Counted from the first letter of the stretch, positions 37,336 through 46,436 are shown. The stretch: 63,284 nucleotides of DNA from Roseomonas sp. (GCA_020250005.1 JADCES010000107.1:1-63284); one strand, 5' to 3'. The notes: generated by a model not told the origin, from the sequence alone. Made by a program: numbers and translations.

Positions 37336-37939
37336 TGGAATCCCGCAAGGGCCGGAAGGCGACCGGATCGAAGCGACCGTGCGCGCCGTGTTGGCCACCA
37401 TGGCGGGCGATCTGACCGCCAAGGAATCAGCCCTGCTCGCCGAACTGGAAGGGCTGGGACGCACCATCGCCCGCGCCAAGGCCGAGATCGCTGCCCTCAA
37501 GGTCGAAGATATCCGCGACGCGCATATCCCCTCCGCCACCGATGAGCTGGACGCCATTGTTGAGCATACCGCGCATGCCACCAATGAAATCCTGGATTGC
37601 TGCGAAACGCTTGAACAGATGCAGGCGGAACTTTCGGGCGAAGCTGCCGATAAGTTGCAAGGTGCGGTCACTCGGATATACGAAGCCTGTTCCTTTCAGG
37701 ACATCACGGGACAGCGGATCGGCAAGGTTGTGACAGCGCTCAAGGCCATCGAAGCCCGGATTTCGACGATTGTTTCCGCCGCCAGCGGTATGCCTGGACC
37801 GGAAGCGGCGCCTGCTCCCGCAGCCTCATCGCGCGATGAAAAGCGCACTGAGGGCGAAAAACTGGCCAATGGACCGCAGCTTCCCGGTGCCGGCGTTTCG
37901 CAAAGCGAAATTGACCGGCTTTTGGCGAGCTTTGATTGA
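37328..37939 (+). CDS. cheZ: CheZ family phosphatase
   Basis: [13 protein letters not shown] and C-terminal SQSEIDRLL motifs. Confidence 0.88.
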   Translation: MPDGIPQGPEGDRIEATVRAVLATMAGDLTAKESALLAELEGLGRTIARAKAEIAALKVEDIRDAHIPSATDELDAIVEHTAHATNEILDCCETLEQMQAELSGEAADKLQGAVTRIYEACSFQDITGQRIGKVVTALKAIEARISTIVSAASGMPGPEAAPAPAASSRDEKRTEGEKLANGPQLPGAGVSQSEIDRLLASFD

Positions 37940-40900
37940 TGCGACTTGCGGGAGCCTTTCTGCTGTTCTGGATCGCGCTTGGCGTTCCAGCCATGGCACA
38001 GCAGGCGCCCGCAGTCGGTTTCAGGGTCGGCGACCATCCCACCTATGGCCGGGTGGTGATGGATTGGCCCGAAGCCGTAACCTATCGGGCGGAGGAAGCG
38101 GGTAATCGCCTGATCCTCCGTTTCGATACGCCGGCGCGCTATGACCTGACCGGCGCCCTGCGCCTGCCCAAGAATGTTGAAAGCATTTCGGCGATTGATG
38201 GCGGCATTATGCTTCAAGCCCCGCCAGGGACCAGGTTTCGCCATTATCGGCTGGGTAATCGCGTGGTGATTGATGTGCTGGATGGGGCTGACACTGGCGC
38301 CGCCAACCAGCCCGCCGCGGCGGATGCCTCGCCCGCCACGACTGCAGCGCCGCCGCGTCCAGCACCTGCGCCGGCCGCAGTACCGCCGCCGGTGCAAGCC
38401 GGGGCAGCGCCGCCCCCTGCTGCACTACCACGGCCCGCTACCGCGCCACCCGCCGCGCCGGCCGCACGACCGCCGCCCACAGCGCCGCCTCCACGAGAGG
38501 CAACGCCCCCGACAAGCCAGGCTGCAACCGCATCCGCCCCGGCCCCTCCCGCGGCGGATGTTTCGCGTCCCGGCCCCGGGCAAAATGCGGGCGCATCACC
38601 GCCGGTTGCGCCGGCCGCACCCCCCGTTTCACCTGAGGTTACGCCGCCGCCTGCGGCGCCGCCCCCCGCACCTGCCCAGGCCCAATCAGCACCGCCGGCC
38701 CTCCCCTTGGTGGTGGTGCCACCCCGGCGCACCACGCCGGTTGGGCTTATCGCGGAAGGCCGCGCCATTTCGCTCGACCTTGGGGCCGAAACCTCTGCCG
38801 CCATCTTCCGCCACGGCGATTGGGTGATCGCTGTCTTCGACCGATCCGAAGCGCTTGACCTGTCGCAGCTTCAGGGCAGCGCCATTTTCCGCAATATGGA
38901 AGCGCGCCAGACCGGCGATGCCACCATTCTACAAACGCGCCTTGCGCAGCCCGGCACGCTTCGCCCGCGGCGAGAGGGCAATGCCTGGGTGCTGGAAGCC
39001 TTCCGCGATGCGGTGGAAGCCAATCGCGCGCTCACCGCCATCACGCCGGAGCTGGATCAGGGCCCACCCGCACGTCTGATACTGCGCGCGGCACGGCCGG
39101 GGCGTAGTGTGACGGTGCTTGACCCCGAAACTGGCAGCCCGCTCCTGGTCGGTACCTTGCGCGAAGCTGGGCAGGCAGTGGCCATTGGCCGACGTCAGCC
39201 GGAATTCCAATTGCTCCCCGCCATGTTGGGTGTGGCTGTGCTGCCGCGGGGCGATAATATCCAACTCCGCGCGCTGAATGACCGCTTCATTCTGCACGCC
39301 TCAGGGATGGATTCGCTCAGGCTTGGTGCAGATGCGGGGCGTGAGCCCCTGGCCGAGGCCGCCACGCTGACCCGCATTATGGACCTGCCTTCAGCCTCCG
39401 CCGCCACGCTGCTCGAAAGGATGCGCACGGCTTCGGCCAATATTGCTTCCGCCGGACCGCTCGGCCGTGCGGAAGCGCGGCGCCATGCGGCGGAGACGCT
39501 GCTCGCCATGGGCATGCCGCAGGAGGCCCAGGCGATGGCGACGCTTGCCTTGCAGGAAGACCCGCGCGCCGGGGCCGATGCGCGGCTGGTGATGGTTCAG
39601 GCCGCCGCCGCCCTGGTCGCCGGGCGCGAGGCGGAGGCACGGCAACTCGAAAACCCGCAGCTTCCATCGAGTGATGAAACCACGCTCTGGCGAGGCTTTC
39701 TGGCAGCAGCCAGGGGCGATCACGCCGTGGCCGGTCCCGCCATTGCTGCCGGTCTGCCATTGCTGCTCTCCTATCCCCGCCCCTTGGCCCAACGGCTGAT
39801 CCCGATTGCCATGGAAAGCCTCGCGGCTGCCGGTGAACTTACTGCGGCGAACCGCCTTGCGGATGCCGACCCCGACAACCCAAGCCTGCATCTGGCGCGC
39901 GGCATGATTGCGGAAGCCGATGGCCGGATTGATGATGCCTTGGCGGCCTATCGTCAGGCGATCCGGGAGCGGGATCGGCTGCGGCGGGCGCGCGCCATCC
40001 GGCGCAGCGTGGAATTACGGCTGGCTGTTGGCCAGCTTGATGCTGCGGGCGCCATTGCCGAATTGGAAGCCGCGCTTTTTGCCTGGCGCGGCGATGCGGA
40101 TGAGATGAATGCCCGCATCCGGCTGGCCGAATTGCAGCGCGAAGCCGGCAATGGCCGCGCAGCCTTTGAATTGTTGCAGGAAACCCAGCGCTTCTTCCCG
40201 GAACGCGACAATGACCTGCGCCCGCATTTGCGCGCCGCTTTCGCTTCGGCGCTGCAAAGCGCGCCGGCCTTGAACGCCGCAGCTTTCTTTGATGCCCATC
40301 CGGAATTCCTGCCAGAGGATGAGGCAGGTGCGCGTTCAGTCGTTGTTTTGGCGGATAGGCTGGTTGCGCTTGACCTCGTGGACCGCGCGTCAGCCGTGCT
40401 GCGCGATGCCCTGGCACGGTTGACCGACCCGGCGGTGCGCCGGCCGGTCAGCACCAGGCTCGCCGCCATACGGCTAGGAGAGGGCGATGCGCCAGGTACC
40501 CTGGCCGCCTTGGATGCGGCAACAGATGGCAATGGCCAGGAAGTTGAGCGCGCCATTCTGCGCGGACGGGCCCTGGCGCGCACCGGCAATCGCCGTCTCG
40601 CCGAAGGGGTGCTTTCTGAACTGGGCGATGATGGCGCTGAGGTTTTGGCTGAAATTCGTGCTGCGGCGCAGGATTGGCGCGGCGCTGCTTCCGCCATGAT
40701 GCAACATATAGACACCAAGGTACCGCCACCGCCGGCGCCCTTGAACCCCTCCATGCGGCGCGATTTGGCGCGCGCCGCGGCCTACGCTGCCATGGCCAAT
40801 GATACCGCCACACTCGGTCAATTGCGCGATACCTATGGCGCCAGGATGCAGGGTGGGCCGCTGGCGGAGGCCTTCACGCTGCTCACCGGAGACTCTCTGC

Positions 40901-41028
40901 GCGGCGTGCAGGATTTGCCGCGGCTGCAGCGTGAAATCAGCCAATTGCGCCTGCTGCCGGAAAGATTGGGCGGGCTGAATACGCCAGCGCCCGCAGCAGC
41001 ACCAGCAAGCGCGCCACCAAGGCGATAA
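37939..41028 (+). CDS. Large exported protein with Pro/Ala linker and TPR-like C-terminus
   Basis: Signal peptide AMA-Q; GDHPTYGRVVMDW beta domain; helical repeats (FAWRGD); TGATG coupling to cheZ. Confidence 0.8.
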   Translation: MRLAGAFLLFWIALGVPAMAQQAPAVGFRVGDHPTYGRVVMDWPEAVTYRAEEAGNRLILRFDTPARYDLTGALRLPKNVESISAIDGGIMLQAPPGTRFRHYRLGNRVVIDVLDGADTGAANQPAAADASPATTAAPPRPAPAPAAVPPPVQAGAAPPPAALPRPATAPPAAPAARPPPTAPPPREATPPTSQAATASAPAPPAADVSRPGPGQNAGASPPVAPAAPPVSPEVTPPPAAPPPAPAQAQSAPPALPLVVVPPRRTTPVGLIAEGRAISLDLGAETSAAIFRHGDWVIAVFDRSEALDLSQLQGSAIFRNMEARQTGDATILQTRLAQPGTLRPRREGNAWVLEAFRDAVEANRALTAITPELDQGPPARLILRAARPGRSVTVLDPETGSPLLVGTLREAGQAVAIGRRQPEFQLLPAMLGVAVLPRGDNIQLRALNDRFILHASGMDSLRLGADAGREPLAEAATLTRIMDLPSASAATLLERMRTASANIASAGPLGRAEARRHAAETLLAMGMPQEAQAMATLALQEDPRAGADARLVMVQAAAALVAGREAEARQLENPQLPSSDETTLWRGFLAAARGDHAVAGPAIAAGLPLLLSYPRPLAQRLIPIAMESLAAAGELTAANRLADADPDNPSLHLARGMIAEADGRIDDALAAYRQAIRERDRLRRARAIRRSVELRLAVGQLDAAGAIAELEAALFAWRGDADEMNARIRLAELQREAGNGRAAFELLQETQRFFPERDNDLRPHLRAAFASALQSAPALNAAAFFDAHPEFLPEDEAGARSVVVLADRLVALDLVDRASAVLRDALARLTDPAVRRPVSTRLAAIRLGEGDAPGTLAALDAATDGNGQEVERAILRGRALARTGNRRLAEGVLSELGDDGAEVLAEIRAAAQDWRGAASAMMQHIDTKVPPPPAPLNPSMRRDLARAAAYAAMANDTATLGQLRDTYGARMQGGPLAEAFTLLTGDSLRGVQDLPRLQREISQLRLLPERLGGLNTPAPAAAPASAPPRR

Positions 41029-41088
41029 AGATTTTGGCCCCTGCCGAAAGTGGCAGGAAATTTCCTATGCTCCCCCTATAATTTTCCC

Positions 41089-41117
41089 TTGCGTCACCGC
41101 CCCACTTGCCCCATATG
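41089..41117 (+). promoter_or_regulatory. Possible sigma70 promoter for speD
   Basis: TTGCGT-17 nt-CATATG. Confidence 0.4.
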
Positions 41118-41187
41118 CCGCAATCGTTGACCCCGATCAGAATTCCCTGATCACCCTGGTCATCTGCTGGCTGGAAGGAGCCCTGCT

Positions 41188-41646
41188 ATGGAAGCTCTCG
41201 TCCAACCGGGGATGGTTTCGGATTTGCCGAGCGACACCCGGAATACCGACGAAGACGTCTCGGCCCATGCCGAGAAGGATTATTTCGTTCAGCGTAACGG
41301 TGTGCGCTACGCCGGGACGCATCTGATCGTGGATTTGTGGGGGGCAACCAATCTGGACGACCCGAACCACATTGATGCGGTGCTGCGTGAAGGGGCGCTC
41401 GCCACCGGGGCGACGATCCTGCATGGGCATTTCCATCACTTTTCGCCGAATGGCGGGGTGTCTGGCGTGCTGGTGCTGGCGGAAAGCCATGTATCCATCC
41501 ACACTTGGCCGGAACGCGATTATGCCGCGCTCGATATTTTCGTCTGCGGCGATTGCGATCCCTATAAGGCGATCCCGGCGCTCAAGCGCGGCTTCCTGCC
41601 GGAACGCGTGCAGCTTGCCGAACATAAGCGCGGCCTGATCGGCTGA
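41188..41646 (+). CDS. speD: S-adenosylmethionine decarboxylase proenzyme
   Basis: GTHLIVDLW and GGVSGVLVLAESHVSIHTWPE (ES autocleavage site). Confidence 0.96.
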   Translation: MEALVQPGMVSDLPSDTRNTDEDVSAHAEKDYFVQRNGVRYAGTHLIVDLWGATNLDDPNHIDAVLREGALATGATILHGHFHHFSPNGGVSGVLVLAESHVSIHTWPERDYAALDIFVCGDCDPYKAIPALKRGFLPERVQLAEHKRGLIG

Positions 41647-41716
41647 TTGCCAATCGATATCGTTTTGATGGGGCCGGGTGGCAGCACCCGGCCTTTCATT
41701 ATGGAAGGGTGCCGCC

Positions 41717-42586
41717 ATGGCGACCGATAGCTGGATCAATGAAACCCTCTATGCCGCTTGGGGCCAGCGCTTTCGTGTGAAGCGCGAATTGGCCCGCGTG
41801 CAATCGGCGTTTCAGGATATTGTTGTCTTTGAAAGCGAAACCCATGGCCGGGTGATGCTGTTGGATGGCGTGGTGCAGATCACCGAAGGCGATGAATTCG
41901 TCTATCAGGAAATGATCACCCATGTGCCCATCCTGGCCCATGGCGCGGCCAAGCGCGTGCTGATCATTGGCGCGGGCGATGGTGGCGTGTTGAAGCGCGT
42001 GTTGCAGCATCGCGGCGTGGAAAAGGCCGTGATGGTGGAAATTGACGGCGAAGTGGTGCGGCTTTCCAAGGAATTCCTGCCCACCATTGGCGGCACTGCC
42101 TGGGCCGACCCGCGCGCCGAGGTGATCATCGGCGACGGTATTGATTATGTGCGCGTCGCGCCCGCCGAAAGCTATGATGTCATCATCGTGGACAGCACGG
42201 ACCCCATCGGCGTGGGCGAAGTGCTGTTCACCGATGAATTCTACGCCAATGCGGCGCGCATCCTCTCCCCGCGTGGCCTGATCGTCAATCAATGCGGCGT
42301 GCCTTTCATGCAGGCCGATGAATTGCACGAAACATCACGTCGGCGCGCGAAATCCTTCCCGGATAATTGGGCCTATGTGGCGGCAGTGCCGACCTATGTC
42401 GGCGGCTTCATGACGCTTGGCTGGGCGGCGAAGGATGCGTCCTGCCGCACGGTGGCGACCGATGAAATCCGCCGCCGTGCGGAGGCTTCCGGCATTTTGG
42501 GCACGACCCGCTATTGGACTCCGGAAATCCACACTGGCGCCTTCAACCTGCCGCCCTATATCGCGGAAAACCTGCCGGGCGCCTGA
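41717..42586 (+). CDS. speE: Polyamine aminopropyltransferase (spermidine synthase)
   Basis: LDGVVQ, YQEMITH, IIGAGDGG and DVIIVDSTDP motifs. Confidence 0.96.
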   Translation: MATDSWINETLYAAWGQRFRVKRELARVQSAFQDIVVFESETHGRVMLLDGVVQITEGDEFVYQEMITHVPILAHGAAKRVLIIGAGDGGVLKRVLQHRGVEKAVMVEIDGEVVRLSKEFLPTIGGTAWADPRAEVIIGDGIDYVRVAPAESYDVIIVDSTDPIGVGEVLFTDEFYANAARILSPRGLIVNQCGVPFMQADELHETSRRRAKSFPDNWAYVAAVPTYVGGFMTLGWAAKDASCRTVATDEIRRRAEASGILGTTRYWTPEIHTGAFNLPPYIAENLPGA

Positions 42587-42669
42587 AACAGCGCCTAACG
42601 TTTCAGGAACAAGCGCGCGCCGACGTCTGAAGGCGGTTCGTTCGCGATCCGCGTTTCAAAAACAAGGCT

Positions 42670-43419
42670 TCAACTCAGGTTGAAGCCCTGCACCAGGCTG
42701 CCCGAGACCAGGCGCCAGCCATCCACCAGCACGAAAAAGATCAGCTTGAAGGGCAGCGCCACAACCGATGGCGGCAGCATCATCATGCCAAGCGACATCA
42801 GAATGCTTGCAATCACCATATCAATGACCAGGAAGGGCAGGAAAAGCAGGAAGCCGATTTCAAAGGCGCGCTTCAATTCGCCCACGATGAAGGCCGGGAT
42901 CAGGGCGCGCCAGGGCGTTTGCGCGGGGTCCGTCACAGCCTGAATCCCCCCCAGATCCATGAACAGGATCAGGTCATCTTCGCGGATATTGGCCACCATG
43001 AACATGCGGAAGGGCTGCGCCGCCGCCGCCAGCCCATCCAATTCGGAAATCCGCCCCTCGGTCATCGGCACAATGCCCTGGGTCCAGGAAGCCTCAAACA
43101 CCGGCTGCATGACGAAGAAGGTCAGAAACAGCGCGAGCCCGATCAGCACCGGATTGGGCGGAATGCCAGGCGCGCCAATGGCGCTGCGCAGCAGCGACAA
43201 CACAATCACAATACGCGCAAAGGCGGTTGCCATCACCAGCAGGGAAGGCGCCAGCGACAGCAGCCCGATCAGCGCGGTCAATTGCACCAGCCGTGCCGTG
43301 GCGCCCGGCTGCCCAGTCTGCCCAAGGTCAATCGATACGCTCTGCGCCAGAGCCACACCGGCGGGCAGCGCCAATACCGCCAGGATCGCAAGGACCCAAA
43401 AACCTGTTTTGCGCATCAT
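42670..43419 (-). CDS. fliP: Flagellar export protein
   Basis: LSLAPS, PPNPVL, ELKRAFEIGF and MMMLPP motifs. Confidence 0.96.
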   Translation of the reverse strand: MMRKTGFWVLAILAVLALPAGVALAQSVSIDLGQTGQPGATARLVQLTALIGLLSLAPSLLVMATAFARIVIVLSLLRSAIGAPGIPPNPVLIGLALFLTFFVMQPVFEASWTQGIVPMTEGRISELDGLAAAAQPFRMFMVANIREDDLILFMDLGGIQAVTDPAQTPWRALIPAFIVGELKRAFEIGFLLFLPFLVIDMVIASILMSLGMMMLPPSVVALPFKLIFFVLVDGWRLVSGSLVQGFNLS

Positions 43420-43694
43420 GACGGGGGCGTTTCCTCATTCCTGGGCGGCAGCCAACCCAGGCATAAATCCTGGGGTCCGCCTGTCAGCAATAGCACTTCC
43501 CGCCCGTCACAGCGCAGGATCATCACGCGCCGGCGGGCATCCAGTGCCAGGACCTCTTGCAATTTCAGGCGCTGACCGGCGGTTTGCGGGGCCAAGCCTG
43601 TGGCGCGCAGCAGGCGTGCCAGCAGCAATATCAGCCCCAGCACGAAAATCAGCGAAATGCCGGCGGTGAGCCAATTCGCAAGGCTAAGGGTCAT
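43416..43694 (-). CDS. fliO: Flagellar biosynthesis protein FliO-like
   Basis: Single TM then RLKLQEVLALDARRRV...EVLLL; overlaps fliP. Confidence 0.82.
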   Translation of the reverse strand: MTLSLANWLTAGISLIFVLGLILLLARLLRATGLAPQTAGQRLKLQEVLALDARRRVMILRCDGREVLLLTGGPQDLCLGWLPPRNEETPPS

Positions 43695-43990
43695 CGCGGC
43701 TCCCCCCCTTTGTTTGGCCGTGGCAGGGCCGCTTGCAACCTTTCCACCTGCACGAGCAAGGCTTCCAGATTGCGCCGCAGCGCCGGGGCCATGGCCGCGG
43801 GCGCGGCCCCTGCCGCAGCGCAGAGACGGCCGATTTCGGCATCAAGCCCGGTAAGATCAAGCGCATAACCCTCGGCAAGACTTGCCTCTGCCTGGGCCAA
43901 GCTTTCCCCCATGGCCTTGATGGCGGCAAGCACCGCCAGGCCATGCTGATTGGCTTCCGCGGTCGTGTTATCCTCAAAATGCGTGTTCAC
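43691..43990 (-). CDS. Small helical hypothetical protein heading the fliO-fliP unit
   Basis: GTG 43990; GYALDLTGLDAEIGRLC; ATGA overlap with fliO. Confidence 0.7.
   Translation of the reverse strand: MNTHFEDNTTAEANQHGLAVLAAIKAMGESLAQAEASLAEGYALDLTGLDAEIGRLCAAAGAAPAAMAPALRRNLEALLVQVERLQAALPRPNKGGEPR
43874..43937. promoter_or_regulatory. ftr-like sites inside the hypothetical CDS, upstream of the flgB promoter
   Basis: GGCA-AGACT-TGCC (43874-43886), GGCC-AAGCT-TTCC (43895-43907) and GGCA-AGCAC-CGCC (43925-43937). Confidence 0.55.
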
Positions 43991-44062
43991 AGGGCTATCC
44001 AACAGGTTCGGTGCAAAAAAACCATTAGAAAATGTTGTAACTGGCGCCGTTTTAACGCATTT

Positions 44063-44078
44063 TGGCCCGCAACGTGCA
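44063..44078 (+). promoter_or_regulatory. Sigma54 promoter for flgBC-fliE
   Basis: TGGCCCGCAACGTGCA with GG-N10-GC spacing. Confidence 0.65.
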
Positions 44079-44089
44079 AGGATGGGAAC

Positions 44090-44488
44090 ATGGACCCGAC
44101 CAAGACCGGACCGATTGCCCTTGCCGAACAGCGGTTGCGCTGGGCGGAGGCTCGCCAGCGCGTGCTGGCGCAGAATATCGCCAATGCGGATACGCCGAAT
44201 TACCGGCCTTCCGATATGCAGCCTTTCGCCAAGGTGCTGTCCGGCAAGCTTAAGGAAAGGCAATTGGTGGCGACCAATGCCAATCACTTGCAGGGAACCC
44301 GCCAGCAGGATGGCCGGACCCTAAAGGAACGTCTTTCGGCCACGCGCGACCCAAACGGGAATGCCGTTTCGCTTGAGCGGGAAGCGCTGCGGGTTGCCGA
44401 TACCGATTCGGCCCATGCCACGGCCCTTTCGGTGCGTCGGCGCTACATGAGCATGTTCATGACCGCCCTTGGGCGGAATCAAGGGTAA
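44090..44488 (+). CDS. flgB: Flagellar rod protein
   Basis: RQRVLAQNIANADTPNYRP and DPNGNAVSLERE motifs. Confidence 0.93.
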   Translation: MDPTKTGPIALAEQRLRWAEARQRVLAQNIANADTPNYRPSDMQPFAKVLSGKLKERQLVATNANHLQGTRQQDGRTLKERLSATRDPNGNAVSLEREALRVADTDSAHATALSVRRRYMSMFMTALGRNQG

Positions 44489-44503
44489 GAAGGGCGCTGA
44501 GCC

Positions 44504-44911
44504 ATGGAACTTGATCGCGCAATACGAATCGCGGCGGCTGGGATGGATACGCAGAGCGCTCGGCTGCGCGTGGTTGCGGAGAACCTGGCGAATCGCGACA
44601 CAACCTCGGAAGTCCCCGGTGGCGATCCGTTTCGCCGCAAGACCGTGACCTTCGCCAATCGCTTTGACCGTGCCTTGGGCGCGAATACCGTCCGGGTCGC
44701 CCGCGTTGGCACCGCCAAGGGGGATTTCCCAACCCGCCATGATCCGACCCATCCGGCTGCCAATGCCCAGGGTTATGTGAAGACACCGAATGTGAATTCC
44801 ACCATTGAGGTGATGGATATGCGCGAAGCCCAGCGCAGCTACAGTGCTAATCTTTCGGTACTCGAAGTAAGCCGCGGCATGTTGACCCGCACCATTGAGG
44901 CGATGCGCTGA
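44504..44911 (+). CDS. flgC: Flagellar rod protein
   Basis: AENLAN, PFRRK, DPTHPAAN..GYV..PNV and AQRSYSAN motifs. Confidence 0.96.
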   Translation: MELDRAIRIAAAGMDTQSARLRVVAENLANRDTTSEVPGGDPFRRKTVTFANRFDRALGANTVRVARVGTAKGDFPTRHDPTHPAANAQGYVKTPNVNSTIEVMDMREAQRSYSANLSVLEVSRGMLTRTIEAMR

Positions 44912-45225
44912 TGCCCCTACCGCTCACTCCCGGCGGTGCCGCCGCTGCCTATCGGGCCAATATGGCGACACCTTCCGCCACCCCTGCAGCCGTTGGCGGC
45001 GGGGAGACGGCAAGTTTCGGTGAAGCGCTTTCCCGTGCTGTGCAGAACGCAGTCACAACCAGCCGAGAAGCCGAAACCGCTTCCGCGCGTGGCCTGATGG
45101 GTGAGGGTAGCGTGACGGATCTGGTGGTCGCCGTAGGGCGCGCCGAACTCACCTTGCAAACGGCGGTCGCGGTGCGCGATCGCGTGGTGGCAGCCTATCA
45201 GGAAGTGATGCGCATGCCGATCTGA
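44911..45225 (+). CDS. fliE: Flagellar hook-basal body protein
   Basis: C-terminal VRDRVVAAYQEVMRMPI. Confidence 0.95.
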   Translation: MPLPLTPGGAAAAYRANMATPSATPAAVGGGETASFGEALSRAVQNAVTTSREAETASARGLMGEGSVTDLVVAVGRAELTLQTAVAVRDRVVAAYQEVMRMPI

Positions 45226-45268
45226 CGCCCCTTCGGCGTCATGTGCATGTGTTGGGAAAGGCAGGGCG

Positions 45269-45538
45269 ATGGGCGGCATCGCTGAGGCAAGCCGGGAAGC
45301 GCTCTGGATCAGTCTGCAAATCGGTGGGCCGTTGCTCGTGCTGATGCTGGTGGTTGGGTTGGTGGTCGCGATTTTCCAGGCGCTGACCCAGGTGAATGAG
45401 GCAAGCCTGTCCTTCCTGCCGAAAATGGCAGCGCTGGCGGTTGCCCTGATCCTGCTGACGCCTTTTTTCACCGGCGTATTGCGCGGCTATGCGCAAACCC
45501 TGTTTGAAATGATCATCCAGGTGGGGTCGAGGCCTTAG
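45269..45538 (+). CDS. fliQ: Flagellar export protein
   Basis: GLVVAIFQALTQVNEASLSFLPK motif. Confidence 0.95.
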   Translation: MGGIAEASREALWISLQIGGPLLVLMLVVGLVVAIFQALTQVNEASLSFLPKMAALAVALILLTPFFTGVLRGYAQTLFEMIIQVGSRP

Positions 45539-45657
45539 TGGTGCGGTTCATGCTGACCTTCACCGACCAAACCATGCCCCCGCGCACCAGTAGTTCTACA
45601 TTTGGTGGGCCGATTCACGCTGCCGTCGGAAACCGACAGCAGCGAGCGGACCACTCG
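45535..45657 (+). repeat. Family B element, copy 2
   Basis: Aligns with the reverse complement of 7276-7397; begins at the fliQ TAG; fills the fliQ-fliR gap; contains GATTC and the GTCGG-AAA-CCGAC hairpin. Confidence 0.85.
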
Positions 45658-45659
45658 CC

Positions 45660-46436
45660 ATGACCGAAGCGGAATGGCTCGCCGCGCTGCCCGACATGGT
45701 GTTCCATGCGGTGCTGCTATTGGCGCGCATTGGTGCCGTGGTGATGCTGATGCCCGGCTTGGGTGAACAGGAAGTACCCAGCAATTATCGTCTGGGACTT
45801 GGCCTGGCGCTGGTGATGGTGCTCTACCCTGTGCTGTCGCCCGCCTTGCCCGGCGCGCCTGATGCTGTTGGCGAAATGCTGCGCCTCATCCTGATCGAAA
45901 TCGTGATCGGCATCTGGTATGGCGCGCTGGCGCGGCTGGTTACACTTGCAATGATCATGGCGGGGCAGCTTTTCGCGCTGCTGCTTGGCCTATCGCAATT
46001 ACTGGTGCCCGATCCGGCAGTGGGCGGGCAGAATGCCATCACCGGCCGGTTTTTTGCCCTGCTCTCCGTGGTGCTGCTGCTCGGCAGCGGGCTTTACGCC
46101 CTGCCGCTGCGCGCGCTGGCGGAAAGCTATGCGGTGCTGCCGGTGGGCGAAGGTTTCCTGGCCGGGCAGGGGGCGGAGATCATGGCATTGGCTGTGGGGC
46201 AGAGCTTTTTCCTGGCGATCCAACTCATGGCACCCTTCCTGCTGCTGTCTGTTGTGCTGAATGTAGCCTTTGGTCTGCTCGCGCGCATTGCGCCGCAGGT
46301 GCAGATCTACTTCCTGGTGGTGCCCGGGCAGATCGTGCTTGGCCTTTTGCTGCTGGCCCTGTTATTGCCGGCCATGCTTGGTCTTTATGCCAGTATCGCG
46401 CGGGAGACTTTCCTCGCCCTGCCCGGGGTGCGTTGA
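45660..46436 (+). CDS. fliR: Flagellar export protein
   Basis: ARIG..MLMPG and ARIAPQVQIYF motifs; hydrophobic. Confidence 0.93.
   Translation: MTEAEWLAALPDMVFHAVLLLARIGAVVMLMPGLGEQEVPSNYRLGLGLALVMVLYPVLSPALPGAPDAVGEMLRLILIEIVIGIWYGALARLVTLAMIMAGQLFALLLGLSQLLVPDPAVGGQNAITGRFFALLSVVLLLGSGLYALPLRALAESYAVLPVGEGFLAGQGAEIMALAVGQSFFLAIQLMAPFLLLSVVLNVAFGLLARIAPQVQIYFLVVPGQIVLGLLLLALLLPAMLGLYASIARETFLALPGVR

Noticed and set aside
41118-41187. Known SAM-II or SAM/SAH riboswitch before speD
   Set aside because: Consensus elements are not recognisable; kept only as an unassigned candidate leader
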